Origin: a virus
IMG/VR virus record: IMGVR_UViG_3300034683_000192
Span: 64,001-128,000 of that record
Reading direction: 5' to 3' (one strand)
DNA length: 64,000 nt
Positions 38,377 through 48,041 of this stretch are shown piece after piece; position 1 is the stretch's first letter, and each line of letters opens with the position of its first letter. The position numbers and the translations under genes were made by a program. The notes beneath the pieces were generated by a model. It was not told where the DNA came from. It saw only the letters and a list, made by a program, of their open reading frames with translations, and did not search any database.

Positions 38377-38853
38377 CTAGTCTCCTTTGCTCGCGCAGTC
38401 CGGGTGGCGTCTTTCCAGTTCACCAATGAGTTCGTCATCGGTGAATGAGGAAAGCTGTAACTTTCTCGTTCCGACGTTTTTCTTCGGAAGGCTATCGTAG
38501 ATGAGCGCGACTATCGCGGAGGCGATGCCAGTCGCACACATGATAGCAATATATCCGTATACCATCTTGGTCGTGGACGTCACATCCATGGTACTGGGAC
38601 CACAGATGGAAAGTAGTGCCAGCAGCATCGACAGGCCCACGGCGATGCCGAGATACACCATACCTCGGAAACTCAGTCCGTCGTATTGTGCCACTGCGTG
38701 CGGATACAGATGCATCTTTCTTCCCCAGTACTGAGACGTCTGGATTGCGCGATGATTCATGATCGCGAGTTTGCGTGCCTTGCGCAGTCGTTCGAATTTC
38801 CATGCAGCGTATTTTCCGGAGATTTTCTGCCAGAGAAAAGAAAAGATGTTCAT
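38377..38853 (-). CDS. Hypothetical membrane protein (two TM segments)
   Basis: MVYLGIAVGLSMLLALLSICG and VYGYIAIMCATGIASAIVALIY. Confidence 0.65.
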   Translation of the reverse strand: MNIFSFLWQKISGKYAAWKFERLRKARKLAIMNHRAIQTSQYWGRKMHLYPHAVAQYDGLSFRGMVYLGIAVGLSMLLALLSICGPSTMDVTSTTKMVYGYIAIMCATGIASAIVALIYDSLPKKNVGTRKLQLSSFTDDELIGELERRHPDCASKGD

Positions 38854-38855
38854 GA

Positions 38856-38993
38856 CTACTCCTCCGATTTGTCAGATGTACGGTAGATGATTCGTTCTTT
38901 GTCACTGAAGATTGAGACGACGAACAGAATAAAGAACCACAGCCGGTAACCATTTCCGAAGATTACCGACAGAAATAACAGAAAACTAAGCAT
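38856..38993 (-). CDS. Small membrane protein (45 aa), missed by the ORF track
   Basis: My translation: MLSFLLFLSVIFGNGYRLWFFILFVVSIFSDKERIIYRTSDKSEE*; GAGG RBS; fills the gap between neighbours. Confidence 0.55.
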   Translation of the reverse strand: MLSFLLFLSVIFGNGYRLWFFILFVVSIFSDKERIIYRTSDKSEE

Positions 38994-39004
38994 GTGGTCC
39001 TCTC

Positions 39005-39352
39005 TTATTTTTCATCTTTCTCCAAGAACATCGATGGTGCAACCTGAAAAAACTTCCCGAGGCGAACTGCAGTTCTTTTCGTGATCTTGTGAGTTCCAGT
39101 TTCGATCGCAGACAGTAACGACTGGCTCAGTTTCGTTGCATTCGCGACATCCGCCTGTGAAAGATATCTCGATGTACGATATTCCCGTAGCCGCTCATGC
39201 GGTCTTAAATCATCAATCAGAACGGGTGGATTTTCGTTAGACTCCGGTGAAATTAGTTCCACAATGCCGCCAAGTCTGGTGACAAAATTTCGAATAAGCT
39301 TAAGATCAGTATTCGGAATAATGCATCTGATCTCGACGAATCCATCCATCAT
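39005..39352 (-). CDS. XRE/Cro-C1 helix-turn-helix regulator
   Basis: LREYRTSRYLSQADVANATKLSQSLLSAIETG..ITKRTAVRLGKFF. Confidence 0.85.
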   Translation of the reverse strand: MMDGFVEIRCIIPNTDLKLIRNFVTRLGGIVELISPESNENPPVLIDDLRPHERLREYRTSRYLSQADVANATKLSQSLLSAIETGTHKITKRTAVRLGKFFQVAPSMFLEKDEK

Positions 39353-39362
39353 CGCGATTCTC

Positions 39363-40037
39363 CTAAAATGGTTCTTTCCATTTGACTTTGGTCAGTTCGC
39401 ACAGAAGAGAACACATTCTCCCTTTTGCTGCGTAGAATTCTTCGGTAGTAGGAAGTCTATCAAAATCCGCACGCACCGTGAAGTGATAGTAATCCGGGAT
39501 GTGAGCTATGCTGGCATCGTTGTAGTGTGTACCTGCACGCATCTTTCCGAGATACTTATGTGGTGCACTTTTCTTACCTGCAGGTGATTTGAGATACACC
39601 GGACGGTTCTCGAATCTCGTATCGTGAAATGGACCAATGTCGATTCGTATTCCGGTCTCTGGGGTAAGTTTTACGATTCCTTGAAATGCGAAATTGGAAT
39701 CGAATGCACAGAGAAGGTCGTCATACCCCGAGGATATGATTTTGTTGATGAGTGTGACTATCGTTTCAGAATGAGATACGAATGTCACGTAAGGAGTTGA
39801 ACACGACTTAACATCACCTTTTTCGGAGTGTGCGATATGTCCTTCACAGCTGAACAAGGTGAAAATGTGCTTTTTCCAGAGTGTCGCGATGAGATGTGCA
39901 TGAGCGTCATCCACATGAATGAGTTTCTTCAGTGGTTCGTATATTCTTTCGCAAGTGAACATCGGGCACAGTCCAGAGACTTTTTGTGCACTGACATCAG
40001 AAATAACCGAGTTGCACATTCTACATATCCAGGACAT
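39363..40037 (-). CDS. Hypothetical protein with zinc finger and VDD...L....TLFSCEGH motif (paralog family member)
   Basis: CRMC...CPMFTC, HVDDAHAHLIATLWKKHIFTLFSCEGH. Confidence 0.7.
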   Translation of the reverse strand: MSWICRMCNSVISDVSAQKVSGLCPMFTCERIYEPLKKLIHVDDAHAHLIATLWKKHIFTLFSCEGHIAHSEKGDVKSCSTPYVTFVSHSETIVTLINKIISSGYDDLLCAFDSNFAFQGIVKLTPETGIRIDIGPFHDTRFENRPVYLKSPAGKKSAPHKYLGKMRAGTHYNDASIAHIPDYYHFTVRADFDRLPTTEEFYAAKGRMCSLLCELTKVKWKEPF

Positions 40038-40048
40038 GCCCAGCTCCT

Positions 40049-40435
40049 TTATTCATCGAAGATTGTTGAGACTTCTTTGTAAACCGATTTGGTGACATTC
40101 TCGTACGCCGATGCGTGGATCGTCCGTAGAATTCTACCCACGAAAAATCCGAACATTGCAGCATGCCCCCAGAAGACCAGACAATACCAGAACTTCCAAC
40201 TCATCACAGAATTGAAGCATACCCAGCCACAGACGAACGTGATCGCAGTACCAGTAAGCGCAAGTATGAGAAAAATTACTTGAACTGGATCGATCCTCCC
40301 GGGAGTGAATACCCGGGAGGTTTCCATGACCTGGATGAATTCTTTTTCTTTTGAATCGCTGCTTCTCATGACGTCTTGATACGGTTTGGTCATATGGGGA
40401 GAAGCAATCCAGAGATGGTGACCCATATATGCCAT
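40049..40435 (-). CDS. Hypothetical membrane protein
   Basis: Two hydrophobic segments. Confidence 0.6.
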   Translation of the reverse strand: MAYMGHHLWIASPHMTKPYQDVMRSSDSKEKEFIQVMETSRVFTPGRIDPVQVIFLILALTGTAITFVCGWVCFNSVMSWKFWYCLVFWGHAAMFGFFVGRILRTIHASAYENVTKSVYKEVSTIFDE

Positions 40436-40438
40436 ATC

Positions 40439-40825
40439 TTACTCCTCAATAAGAAAATGAACGTCGTCAAAATTTGTGCAGTACGTATACAGTTTGATCT
40501 TGTCTTTCAAGATCGTACCGTTCGTACCTTTTGGAGTAGTGACAACAGGGTACCCCTTGAGGTTATCCGGACATCTCATTCTGGTAAGAGTCCCAGTACG
40601 CACCACGGTATATTCCGGATTCACTTTTTCAAGGTCCGCATTGAGTGCATCGGACTGAGGATATGAAATATCCACGATCTTCAGATCGCGCAATTTGTTT
40701 TCAGTATATCGCTGCGCTATTTGTCCTACCACTACCAGAAGAACGACGATGCACAGCAGAATACCAATAAGGATATTCGTATTACGATCACCGATCATCT
40801 TTACGAATTCTGTGGGTTCATCCAC
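40439..40825 (-). CDS. Hypothetical membrane-anchored protein
   Basis: N-terminal TM ILIGILLCIVVLLVVVG. Confidence 0.6.
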   Translation of the reverse strand: MDEPTEFVKMIGDRNTNILIGILLCIVVLLVVVGQIAQRYTENKLRDLKIVDISYPQSDALNADLEKVNPEYTVVRTGTLTRMRCPDNLKGYPVVTTPKGTNGTILKDKIKLYTYCTNFDDVHFLIEE

Positions 40826-40894
40826 GAGTAAACTCCGTTTATTCGATTGCGTTGTTCACTATTGGAATGTATGTCTGAAACTTTGAAGAGTTTA

Positions 40895-41329
40895 TTATAC
40901 TCTTACAAGATACGGTAATATTTCTCTTACTTCCATAAGCATTTTCCCTAGTTTATTGAGACCAAATCCAGTTTTGAGACATACTCCCCAGTACTTGTCA
41001 TTGTGCCAATTACCTTCTATGATTGTTCTATTTCCTGTAGCATAAAGTCTATCTGCCAGATAAGGATCAGAGAATTTAGCCATCAGACCGATCATCATAA
41101 TCCTATCTTTGTCTCTGTCGAAAGTAGGACGAATCGTAATAATTCGTCCTAATCGGCGTGCATCTTTTGGTGAGTCTGAATTTAGTATACGTTCAAAGTC
41201 TTCATCGTGAAGAGCTTTGTTTGCTTGATAAAAATGTTCGTTTGTTTTCCACCAAAACCCATGTATACACATTGGACTTTCGTAGAAATTACTTAAGAAT
41301 CGGTATTCTCCACGAAATTGTGAAATCAT
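40895..41329 (-). CDS. NADAR (YbiA/DUF1768) family protein
   Basis: FRGEYRFLSNFY, EHFYQANK, AKFS, LIEGN-like IIEGNWHNDKYWG, NKLGKMLMEVR. Confidence 0.9.
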   Translation of the reverse strand: MISQFRGEYRFLSNFYESPMCIHGFWWKTNEHFYQANKALHDEDFERILNSDSPKDARRLGRIITIRPTFDRDKDRIMMIGLMAKFSDPYLADRLYATGNRTIIEGNWHNDKYWGVCLKTGFGLNKLGKMLMEVREILPYLVRV

Positions 41330-41811
41330 TCGAAATACAATGATTCATCGTACGTGAAGGAGTTACCACAACCAGAACAAAAGAAGGTTTCATTCATCAC
41401 TTCTTCTACTCCTGTAAGTACTTTTTGGTACGAATTATACCACTGTCCATCGATAGTCTGAAACACGGGATACGTGAACAATGCTCCTTTATGTTCAATT
41501 GGTAATCGACAACTTATGATCTTGGATAAACACTTCGGACATTCTACGAGATTTGCGTATCGTAGAAGTACATCACCGTGACATGCTTTTGGTGCACAGA
41601 AACATACGAGATCTTTTCCCCGGAGCTCATGCAGTGATGACATAAGCTCCGGGGTATTCAGAAGACGCAGTTCGTAAAGCTTCACGGAAGTTTCCCGATC
41701 CATGTCTAGACCGAGGGCAAAGGGATTTCCCCATTTCGTGGGACGTCCGATAAACACAGCATTCTTCGGGATTCCGTGAATATGCTTATTAAGAACCTGC
41801 GGTCTCCTCAT
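41326..41811 (-). CDS. DUF4326 domain protein with C-terminal Cys-rich extension
   Basis: VFIGRPTKWGNPF...LRGKDLVCFCAPKACHGDVL. Confidence 0.85.
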   Translation of the reverse strand: MRRPQVLNKHIHGIPKNAVFIGRPTKWGNPFALGLDMDRETSVKLYELRLLNTPELMSSLHELRGKDLVCFCAPKACHGDVLLRYANLVECPKCLSKIISCRLPIEHKGALFTYPVFQTIDGQWYNSYQKVLTGVEEVMNETFFCSGCGNSFTYDESLYFE

Positions 41812-42409
41812 CGAATTCTCCTACGATGACTTCCCTGCTGGGAGCGGGAAGAATTTTCAGACGTTTCTTGATAGTCGGAGCATCTGTCATCAGTCTCGAA
41901 AGGTTCTGCTCAACACTGGTGAGAAACCGATTGACGATGTTGGTACCAACTTCATCATCCGTCATCCAGTGAAGCAAGAAATCGGAAAGATTGAAACCAG
42001 TGATCGGAAGCCCGTCCGCAATATCCGGAAGAAACTCACGACGGAATTCTTCGGTCGAAGTATAGACATACCCGGTGGGATGGGCGATATCAAAATACGT
42101 ACCATTCCACCCGATAAATCCATGACCACTGGTAGCGTAGTATTCCACACGCTCTCCGGTGAGTTCGGAGAATGCGATACCTATGGCGACTGCTGCTACC
42201 CCACAATCGCCAGTATTGATCGTCTCTGCAGTTTGATTATGATTGATAAAGATGGTATCCGGCCAGTGACCAGATACTTCACCTTTCAATTTTTTGTGAT
42301 GCATACCAGCCAACATGTTGGCGAGTCTGCTTTCGGTTTCATACATGATGGAGAAATGCCTGATGAGAATTTCCATCAGTTTGCTGTGAGGAATATTGAG
42401 CTTGGCCAC
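41789..42409 (-). CDS. Hypothetical protein with possible papain/transglutaminase-like Cys-His-Asp triad
   Basis: TGDCGVAAVAI...SGHGFIGWNGTYFDI. Confidence 0.5.
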   Translation of the reverse strand: MAKLNIPHSKLMEILIRHFSIMYETESRLANMLAGMHHKKLKGEVSGHWPDTIFINHNQTAETINTGDCGVAAVAIGIAFSELTGERVEYYATSGHGFIGWNGTYFDIAHPTGYVYTSTEEFRREFLPDIADGLPITGFNLSDFLLHWMTDDEVGTNIVNRFLTSVEQNLSRLMTDAPTIKKRLKILPAPSREVIVGEFDEETAGS

Positions 42410-42411
42410 GA

Positions 42412-43026
42412 TTAGACTCCTTCTGCTCGCATGAATCGGAAGTTTCCTAACACAAATCCGTCATCGGTACCGAAACGATCCAACAAATGGTCGATTGATC
42501 TGACGACCAGCGTATACGGAGCCAGTCGGAAAATTGGTAAAGGACTCATCGTATCCTCTTTATCATGGAGTACTACGAATGGATGAATTCTTCCAGTGGT
42601 CACTACCTCTGGAAAGAATGTCACCAATTCTTTTTTGCCATGAAGTCTGAGTTCGGTGACCTCGGCAATTTCTGGCGCATTCTGTCGACGCAATGTACGC
42701 AATGCACGTCTAAGTGTATTGTGCACTCGCGGAGTGTACGGAATGGTTGCGACTCGAGGTTTGTCGTAGTGGAGAGCATCAAAAAGTCCACCACCATTAC
42801 TATCGCATGGATCGTAATGCATGATCAACTTAGGAATGCTTCTCTTGTAAAAAGAACGGCCAATCATCACTGAACGAGACGGAATATATCTCAACTGTCC
42901 AGTTATTGTCGCTACCCGAAGGTCAGCAGCTTCTGCTGTTGAGGATGCTACCGCTAAAGTTTTCAAATCACCAAAATGGAATTCTGCCTCTACCACGTCA
43001 TTGAACAGATCCAAAATATTTCCCAT
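42412..43026 (-). CDS. Hypothetical protein
   Basis: 204 aa with AAGGA RBS. Confidence 0.65.
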   Translation of the reverse strand: MGNILDLFNDVVEAEFHFGDLKTLAVASSTAEAADLRVATITGQLRYIPSRSVMIGRSFYKRSIPKLIMHYDPCDSNGGGLFDALHYDKPRVATIPYTPRVHNTLRRALRTLRRQNAPEIAEVTELRLHGKKELVTFFPEVVTTGRIHPFVVLHDKEDTMSPLPIFRLAPYTLVVRSIDHLLDRFGTDDGFVLGNFRFMRAEGV

Positions 43027-43040
43027 AGCGATTCCTTTTT

Positions 43041-43072
43041 ACAGGAGAGGTACCGATCGGTACCTCTCCTGT
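43041..43072 (-). terminator. Perfect 32-bp palindrome after the giant ORF
   Basis: ACAGGAGAGGTACCGATCGGTACCTCTCCTGT. Confidence 0.65.
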
Positions 43073-43087
43073 GTATGGATTTCTAGC

Positions 43088-46000
43088 TTATGCCAGAGAT
43101 TGTGGGAACTTGTACCCCTGTTCAGCAAAAGCCCGGACGAGTGCTTCTGCATACTGGGGACGGTAAGCATTCAACTTATCAAACACCACTGGGGTGATGT
43201 CAAGAAGTGCTTTTACCGTACTGATCCCGAGAGGCCGCAGAGCTGAGAGAACAGCGGCCTGACAACCACGAGAGGTACCATCTTTCTGCATGGTCTTTAC
43301 CTTGATATTGCACAAGGCAAAGAACTTCGCGAGGGTTCCATCGGGATTGGTTTCGTAGTACTTTTGAATGTGAGTCCATCCATCAGATTCGGAGTTGATC
43401 TCGATGTTAGACAGAGGGTTATCTGCCTTTTCCGCTTCCTGCAGTTCTTCGACCGCATTAGCAATAGCGTCGAGATCGACATCACTTGCAGTAGTAACCA
43501 CTTCAGGTTCTTGTTCCTTTGTGGATACATCCTCCGCAATGATGTGCGGTTCCTGAATCTTTTTGCTTTCAACGAATTTCTTCAGGAGATTGCGGATCTC
43601 AAAGAATCCATTCGTCGTTTCTTCTGGAATGAAGATTTCCATGAAACTGAGCATGCAGGACAGGAACCAGATTTTCACCGGGTAGTCCTTGATGGTCTGC
43701 ACGCAACGGGTGAACCACTCACCAGTCGTCACCGAGAATTCCGTACAACCACGTGCATTCGCTTCGAAAAGCGCAATCGCACAGAGCAGGTACTTCTCGT
43801 ATGCCGAGTATTCCCTATTACCGAAGTATTCGGGAACTCTGGTGGATATTTCAGGCCACACCGCATCGATGAGACCCACGAGTTTGCCAGCAGAAATGGA
43901 ACCATCGAGTTTCTCGAATTCTTCCATTGTGACAATATCGTAGAATGCCATCAGCGATGTACCAGTCTGAGAGACCGTCGATCGCTTCCCTGCGATGTGA
44001 AGATACATGAGGTAGTCGAGCTGCGGGAAGTAGTGACGGACACATCTGAGAGACACGTATCTGTATACTTCCGGATCATCGAACTTCCTACCGATCGAAC
44101 GTTTGAGGTCTTCGAGATCTCTGGCGATCGATGGGTACTGGATACTGAACTGAGTTATGGCAATCCCGATTCCTGAGAACCTCACAGGAGTAGGATTAAG
44201 CTTGACGCCCTTTTCAGCGAGACCAGTCAAGAAGGTTTCTTCCATTCCAGGAGTCGTCAGGGCTGGCTGAAGTTTCCGATCTTCTTCTTTGATGGAGACT
44301 CGTTCCGATTCGACCACTTCCCGAATGTCCTTCGGAAGGACTTGCGCATCGGGAAAAGTGTACTCGCGGATAAGCGTACCATCGTCATCAGTTCCCATGG
44401 TCAGATTTTCTTGTCCTTCCATGGGTTCAGGAATTTCGTCCTGATTGAGATCGCCAGAATAGTGCTCCTGTGTACCTGGATAATTCCGGCCAAGCGGTTC
44501 CCACGTGTATGTGGTTTCTGTCGTTGGAATTTCGACTTCCATTGTACTGGCAGCTTCTTCCTTGGACTCTTCTACCGATTCAGGAAGTCCCACTTCCGAC
44601 GATTTCGATAGGTGAGCCATGAGCTTGTTCTTTTGTGCATCCCACCAGTCGAGAATGAATTCAGCTTCGATCTGTTCGAATGCTTCATCAATCCACGTCT
44701 TCACCCAGTAGAACGTCTCATCATCAGAATGTTGACGTACCAGCTTCGCGATCAGACAGAACATCGCGATGAAGTACTTCTCATCCGGAGAGGTTTTACG
44801 AGTGTCGTCATGGAAGAACTCATGCATCTTGTCGCTCCCGAAATAGTGGGAGTTGGACATATCACGGAATACCGTGTGAACGAGCTTTGCGTACGTCTGA
44901 CCAAGGAATCCTTCATCAAGACTATGCCCTTCCTCGTGGAGGTACGTCATGATGTCGAATACCAAGAGTCGCAGATCCCCGAAAGAGGTCCCAGAGTAGA
45001 GAAGCAGCGCGATATAATCAAGATCACTCCGTTCGAAGTTTTCCGACTTATCACGAATGATTCCGTACATGATCGAGAGATCTGCTTTGAGTACGAAATT
45101 CGCGCGATGGAGCGCCGTGTATGCTGAAGGGATCTGCTTTACTGCGCGAGTCATCCGATCACGCTCTTCTGCGTATTCTCCTCGCGTACCGAGATAGATC
45201 TCGAAGTTCGGATCACTTCCTCTGAGCATGACGGAATTGTAACTACCGAGAACATAATCGTCCACGATGTGATGGAACCACCACCGGCAACCGGTTACCC
45301 AGAGACTGCAGGTCGAGCATTCGGGGATTGACGATATGCACGACTTCAGCCATGCGGTAACCTTCTGATGATACCCACTGAGCGCAGGATCGTTCGAATT
45401 CGAAGCTGCTTCCACCATGAGGTGGATCATCGCGAGCATGAACCGATGCTTGTGCGTGGTTTTCGAAAAAGATGTCAGCCTATCTGCCGGATTCGGTCCG
45501 ACCAGATCGACGTAGATTCCGAGATGACGGTAGAGCTCTTCCTGTCTGATGACGAACTGCGTGGTTGCGTTGTCAAACAAGTAACTGAAGAATTCTTCGG
45601 TAATCGTGAGATCATCGAGGAATTTCATGGTACGAGTAACGAGCCGAATGTACTCTACTTTTTCCTGAGGAGGATTGTATTTCCATGCGTATATGAGATA
45701 TCCGATTTCCCGCAGGTGATGATTCGGGGGATAGAATCCGATATCTCTGTGCATTTCACGCACATCGAACACGGTAGAGTTCACGAAATCCGCGAGATCG
45801 AGATATCCCTTACTCCGGAATCGTTCGATCGCATCTTCGCGGTAGCTTTCCCGCCGAGCTTCAATTTCTTCTTTGCTCGGGTCAGTCGACAGCACGTCCG
45901 ATGCGGGAAGAATTTCTTCTGGAGCGAGATCTGCTACCAGAGTAGCGCCAGTGTGGATGATGGGAATGATGAAGGTTTCCACCACATTTCTTCGCTCTCT

Positions 46001-47956
46001 GATTTTTCCCATCTGGAATTCGAGGATCATTTCGATAATGGCATCGAGAATGGTATCCTCCGAAACATCCGTACTGAGAGTACCTTCGGCTTCCGCTTTT
46101 TCGAGATCTTCTAGTTCCGCCAGGAATAGATCAGTGAACACTCGTTTGTCCGTACTGTGATAGTCGAACGCACGAGCGCTTGCTGGATATTTGTCGATCT
46201 TCAGCAGAGCAGTCATGATCTGCGCCCACAGATATCTCCGTTTATTCGTGGATGAGACGACGGAGTTGACCTTACTAACGTTGTACAGGTATTCAGTCAC
46301 ATCCTCCGTGATGAACTGCTGACAACAAATCAGACTTTCCAGCGAAATGCCTATCTCCCCGATTTCGATGATATTCGATGACGGATCATTGAAGAAACCG
46401 ATAAGTCGGTCGAAGTCCTCGCTCGTGTTGTCTTTTCCGTCAATAAGGTCACGTACCGTACGACTGAACACGCGTACTTTCGTATTCATGTCAATCGTAC
46501 ACGAGATTGCGATGATGTACGCACGAAGGACCACAGGCAGAATTTTGGAATCCCAGATCTCTTCGTGTAGTGACAACGACATAAGACCTGGAGCGATGTA
46601 CAGATTCGGAATATTCCATTTCTCACCGATATCGACTTTGCGAGTCTCAAGAAGATACTGTTCAGTCCTCCTGATTTCATCGATGAGTTCTTTCACTGTA
46701 CCACAGGACAGCATCCGCCCGAAGCAGCGCTCGATCCTCGCCTTGTCGTAGTCAGTGTCCTCTACGAAATGTTCACCAAAGAAATGCGATTCGAGTGTCT
46801 TCACTGTCGCGAATTTTGTGGAATCATTCCTTCCCCAGACAGTAGAAATGGCGTATATCCACCAAGTCACGATTGGGATCTGCTGGATATTTCCATACCC
46901 GAATTTCGGGATTGTCTTCAGTTCGAGAGGCCGATCTTTCGGAAGAAATTCGTTCAGCTCCTCGATATTGTGGCAGATGATCCGGTGCATTTCTACGAGC
47001 CGATCGACCAGCAGGCTACCACCGAGCTCACGATACTTGTCGTAGAAGTTGTGACCAAGATCGAAAAACTCATTTGTGAGCCACTGTTGATTGCGTATAC
47101 CGAGTCTTCCGGTATTGTATTCAAGGTATGCGCATATCACGAAAAATGCAATAACGTCAAGAATACCTGAATCGTCGATCTTCAGGAATTCTGCAAGTTT
47201 TGCATTTTCTTGACGATTGGTCAGCATCAGTTTCTTCATTTCTTCGGTGACGAATCCGAAACTGACCAAATCATCGTACACCTGAGATGTGGTATCGGGA
47301 GTCGTGGTTTCCGTAAGCACTTCTTCCGCTTTCTTGATGAGACGAAGTACTTTGCGCGGCTTGTTCGCATCGCTCATCGCACTTTTCAGAGATTCGCCTG
47401 CAGAAAAGATCAATTGTCCTGCCGAAGGAGTCTCTTCCTTGGAAATCGGTTCAGATGATCCAGTCAACTCTTTACGGAGTTTGGCATCCGTTTCGGTTCT
47501 GATCGTGCAGATGAGATCCAGAAGATCGTCACGAGTATCGGTAGCCATACTCTTGGCGATTCTGAATCCCACAGATTCTTCAGGGAACAGTTTCTGGAAG
47601 AGTTGGAAATTCGGATTGAATAGATTCGTCAGACCAGCGAAGATCCACGGATCTGCCGGGATGAATCCAGGTATGATGTTACCGATCATGACCTGATGCA
47701 TGCATCCGTATTTTTCCGAAGGAAAGAATGCGAGACCGCATGCGAATGTACCGACACTGGTATCGTCGATGACGTTGGGCATCAGAGGGCACCAGATGAC
47801 ACTGTTATTAGGCATGATCTCTTTCGGACCCACACCTCTACACAGTTCCTCTGCGATGATCTCGGCACCATATTCCGCCGTACTAAAGAACCTGGACAGC
47901 AGATCTTTTTCGATGAGTTCAAGAACATCGTTGATGCTGAACGTATTTTCACTCAT
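43088..47956 (-). CDS. Very large hypothetical protein (~1620 aa)
   Basis: Uninterrupted ORF; start moved to ATG 47956 (GGAGG RBS); mostly helical-looking with acidic low-complexity linkers; no recognised domain. Confidence 0.8.
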   Translation of the reverse strand: MSENTFSINDVLELIEKDLLSRFFSTAEYGAEIIAEELCRGVGPKEIMPNNSVIWCPLMPNVIDDTSVGTFACGLAFFPSEKYGCMHQVMIGNIIPGFIPADPWIFAGLTNLFNPNFQLFQKLFPEESVGFRIAKSMATDTRDDLLDLICTIRTETDAKLRKELTGSSEPISKEETPSAGQLIFSAGESLKSAMSDANKPRKVLRLIKKAEEVLTETTTPDTTSQVYDDLVSFGFVTEEMKKLMLTNRQENAKLAEFLKIDDSGILDVIAFFVICAYLEYNTGRLGIRNQQWLTNEFFDLGHNFYDKYRELGGSLLVDRLVEMHRIICHNIEELNEFLPKDRPLELKTIPKFGYGNIQQIPIVTWWIYAISTVWGRNDSTKFATVKTLESHFFGEHFVEDTDYDKARIERCFGRMLSCGTVKELIDEIRRTEQYLLETRKVDIGEKWNIPNLYIAPGLMSLSLHEEIWDSKILPVVLRAYIIAISCTIDMNTKVRVFSRTVRDLIDGKDNTSEDFDRLIGFFNDPSSNIIEIGEIGISLESLICCQQFITEDVTEYLYNVSKVNSVVSSTNKRRYLWAQIMTALLKIDKYPASARAFDYHSTDKRVFTDLFLAELEDLEKAEAEGTLSTDVSEDTILDAIIEMILEFQMGKIRERRNVVETFIIPIIHTGATLVADLAPEEILPASDVLSTDPSKEEIEARRESYREDAIERFRSKGYLDLADFVNSTVFDVREMHRDIGFYPPNHHLREIGYLIYAWKYNPPQEKVEYIRLVTRTMKFLDDLTITEEFFSYLFDNATTQFVIRQEELYRHLGIYVDLVGPNPADRLTSFSKTTHKHRFMLAMIHLMVEAASNSNDPALSGYHQKVTAWLKSCISSIPECSTCSLWVTGCRWWFHHIVDDYVLGSYNSVMLRGSDPNFEIYLGTRGEYAEERDRMTRAVKQIPSAYTALHRANFVLKADLSIMYGIIRDKSENFERSDLDYIALLLYSGTSFGDLRLLVFDIMTYLHEEGHSLDEGFLGQTYAKLVHTVFRDMSNSHYFGSDKMHEFFHDDTRKTSPDEKYFIAMFCLIAKLVRQHSDDETFYWVKTWIDEAFEQIEAEFILDWWDAQKNKLMAHLSKSSEVGLPESVEESKEEAASTMEVEIPTTETTYTWEPLGRNYPGTQEHYSGDLNQDEIPEPMEGQENLTMGTDDDGTLIREYTFPDAQVLPKDIREVVESERVSIKEEDRKLQPALTTPGMEETFLTGLAEKGVKLNPTPVRFSGIGIAITQFSIQYPSIARDLEDLKRSIGRKFDDPEVYRYVSLRCVRHYFPQLDYLMYLHIAGKRSTVSQTGTSLMAFYDIVTMEEFEKLDGSISAGKLVGLIDAVWPEISTRVPEYFGNREYSAYEKYLLCAIALFEANARGCTEFSVTTGEWFTRCVQTIKDYPVKIWFLSCMLSFMEIFIPEETTNGFFEIRNLLKKFVESKKIQEPHIIAEDVSTKEQEPEVVTTASDVDLDAIANAVEELQEAEKADNPLSNIEINSESDGWTHIQKYYETNPDGTLAKFFALCNIKVKTMQKDGTSRGCQAAVLSALRPLGISTVKALLDITPVVFDKLNAYRPQYAEALVRAFAEQGYKFPQSLA

Positions 47957-48041
47957 GGGTTTCCATCCTCCACAGATGTAGTTGAGCTTAGTGTATACGT
48001 ATGTCGTGATGATGTCATTCCTGACATGCACACGAATCTTC

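Noticed and set aside
43088-47956. Giant ORF as chimallin or an RNAP subunit
   Set aside because: It is much longer than chimallin, has no RNAP motifs, and is not next to the nvRNAP genes.
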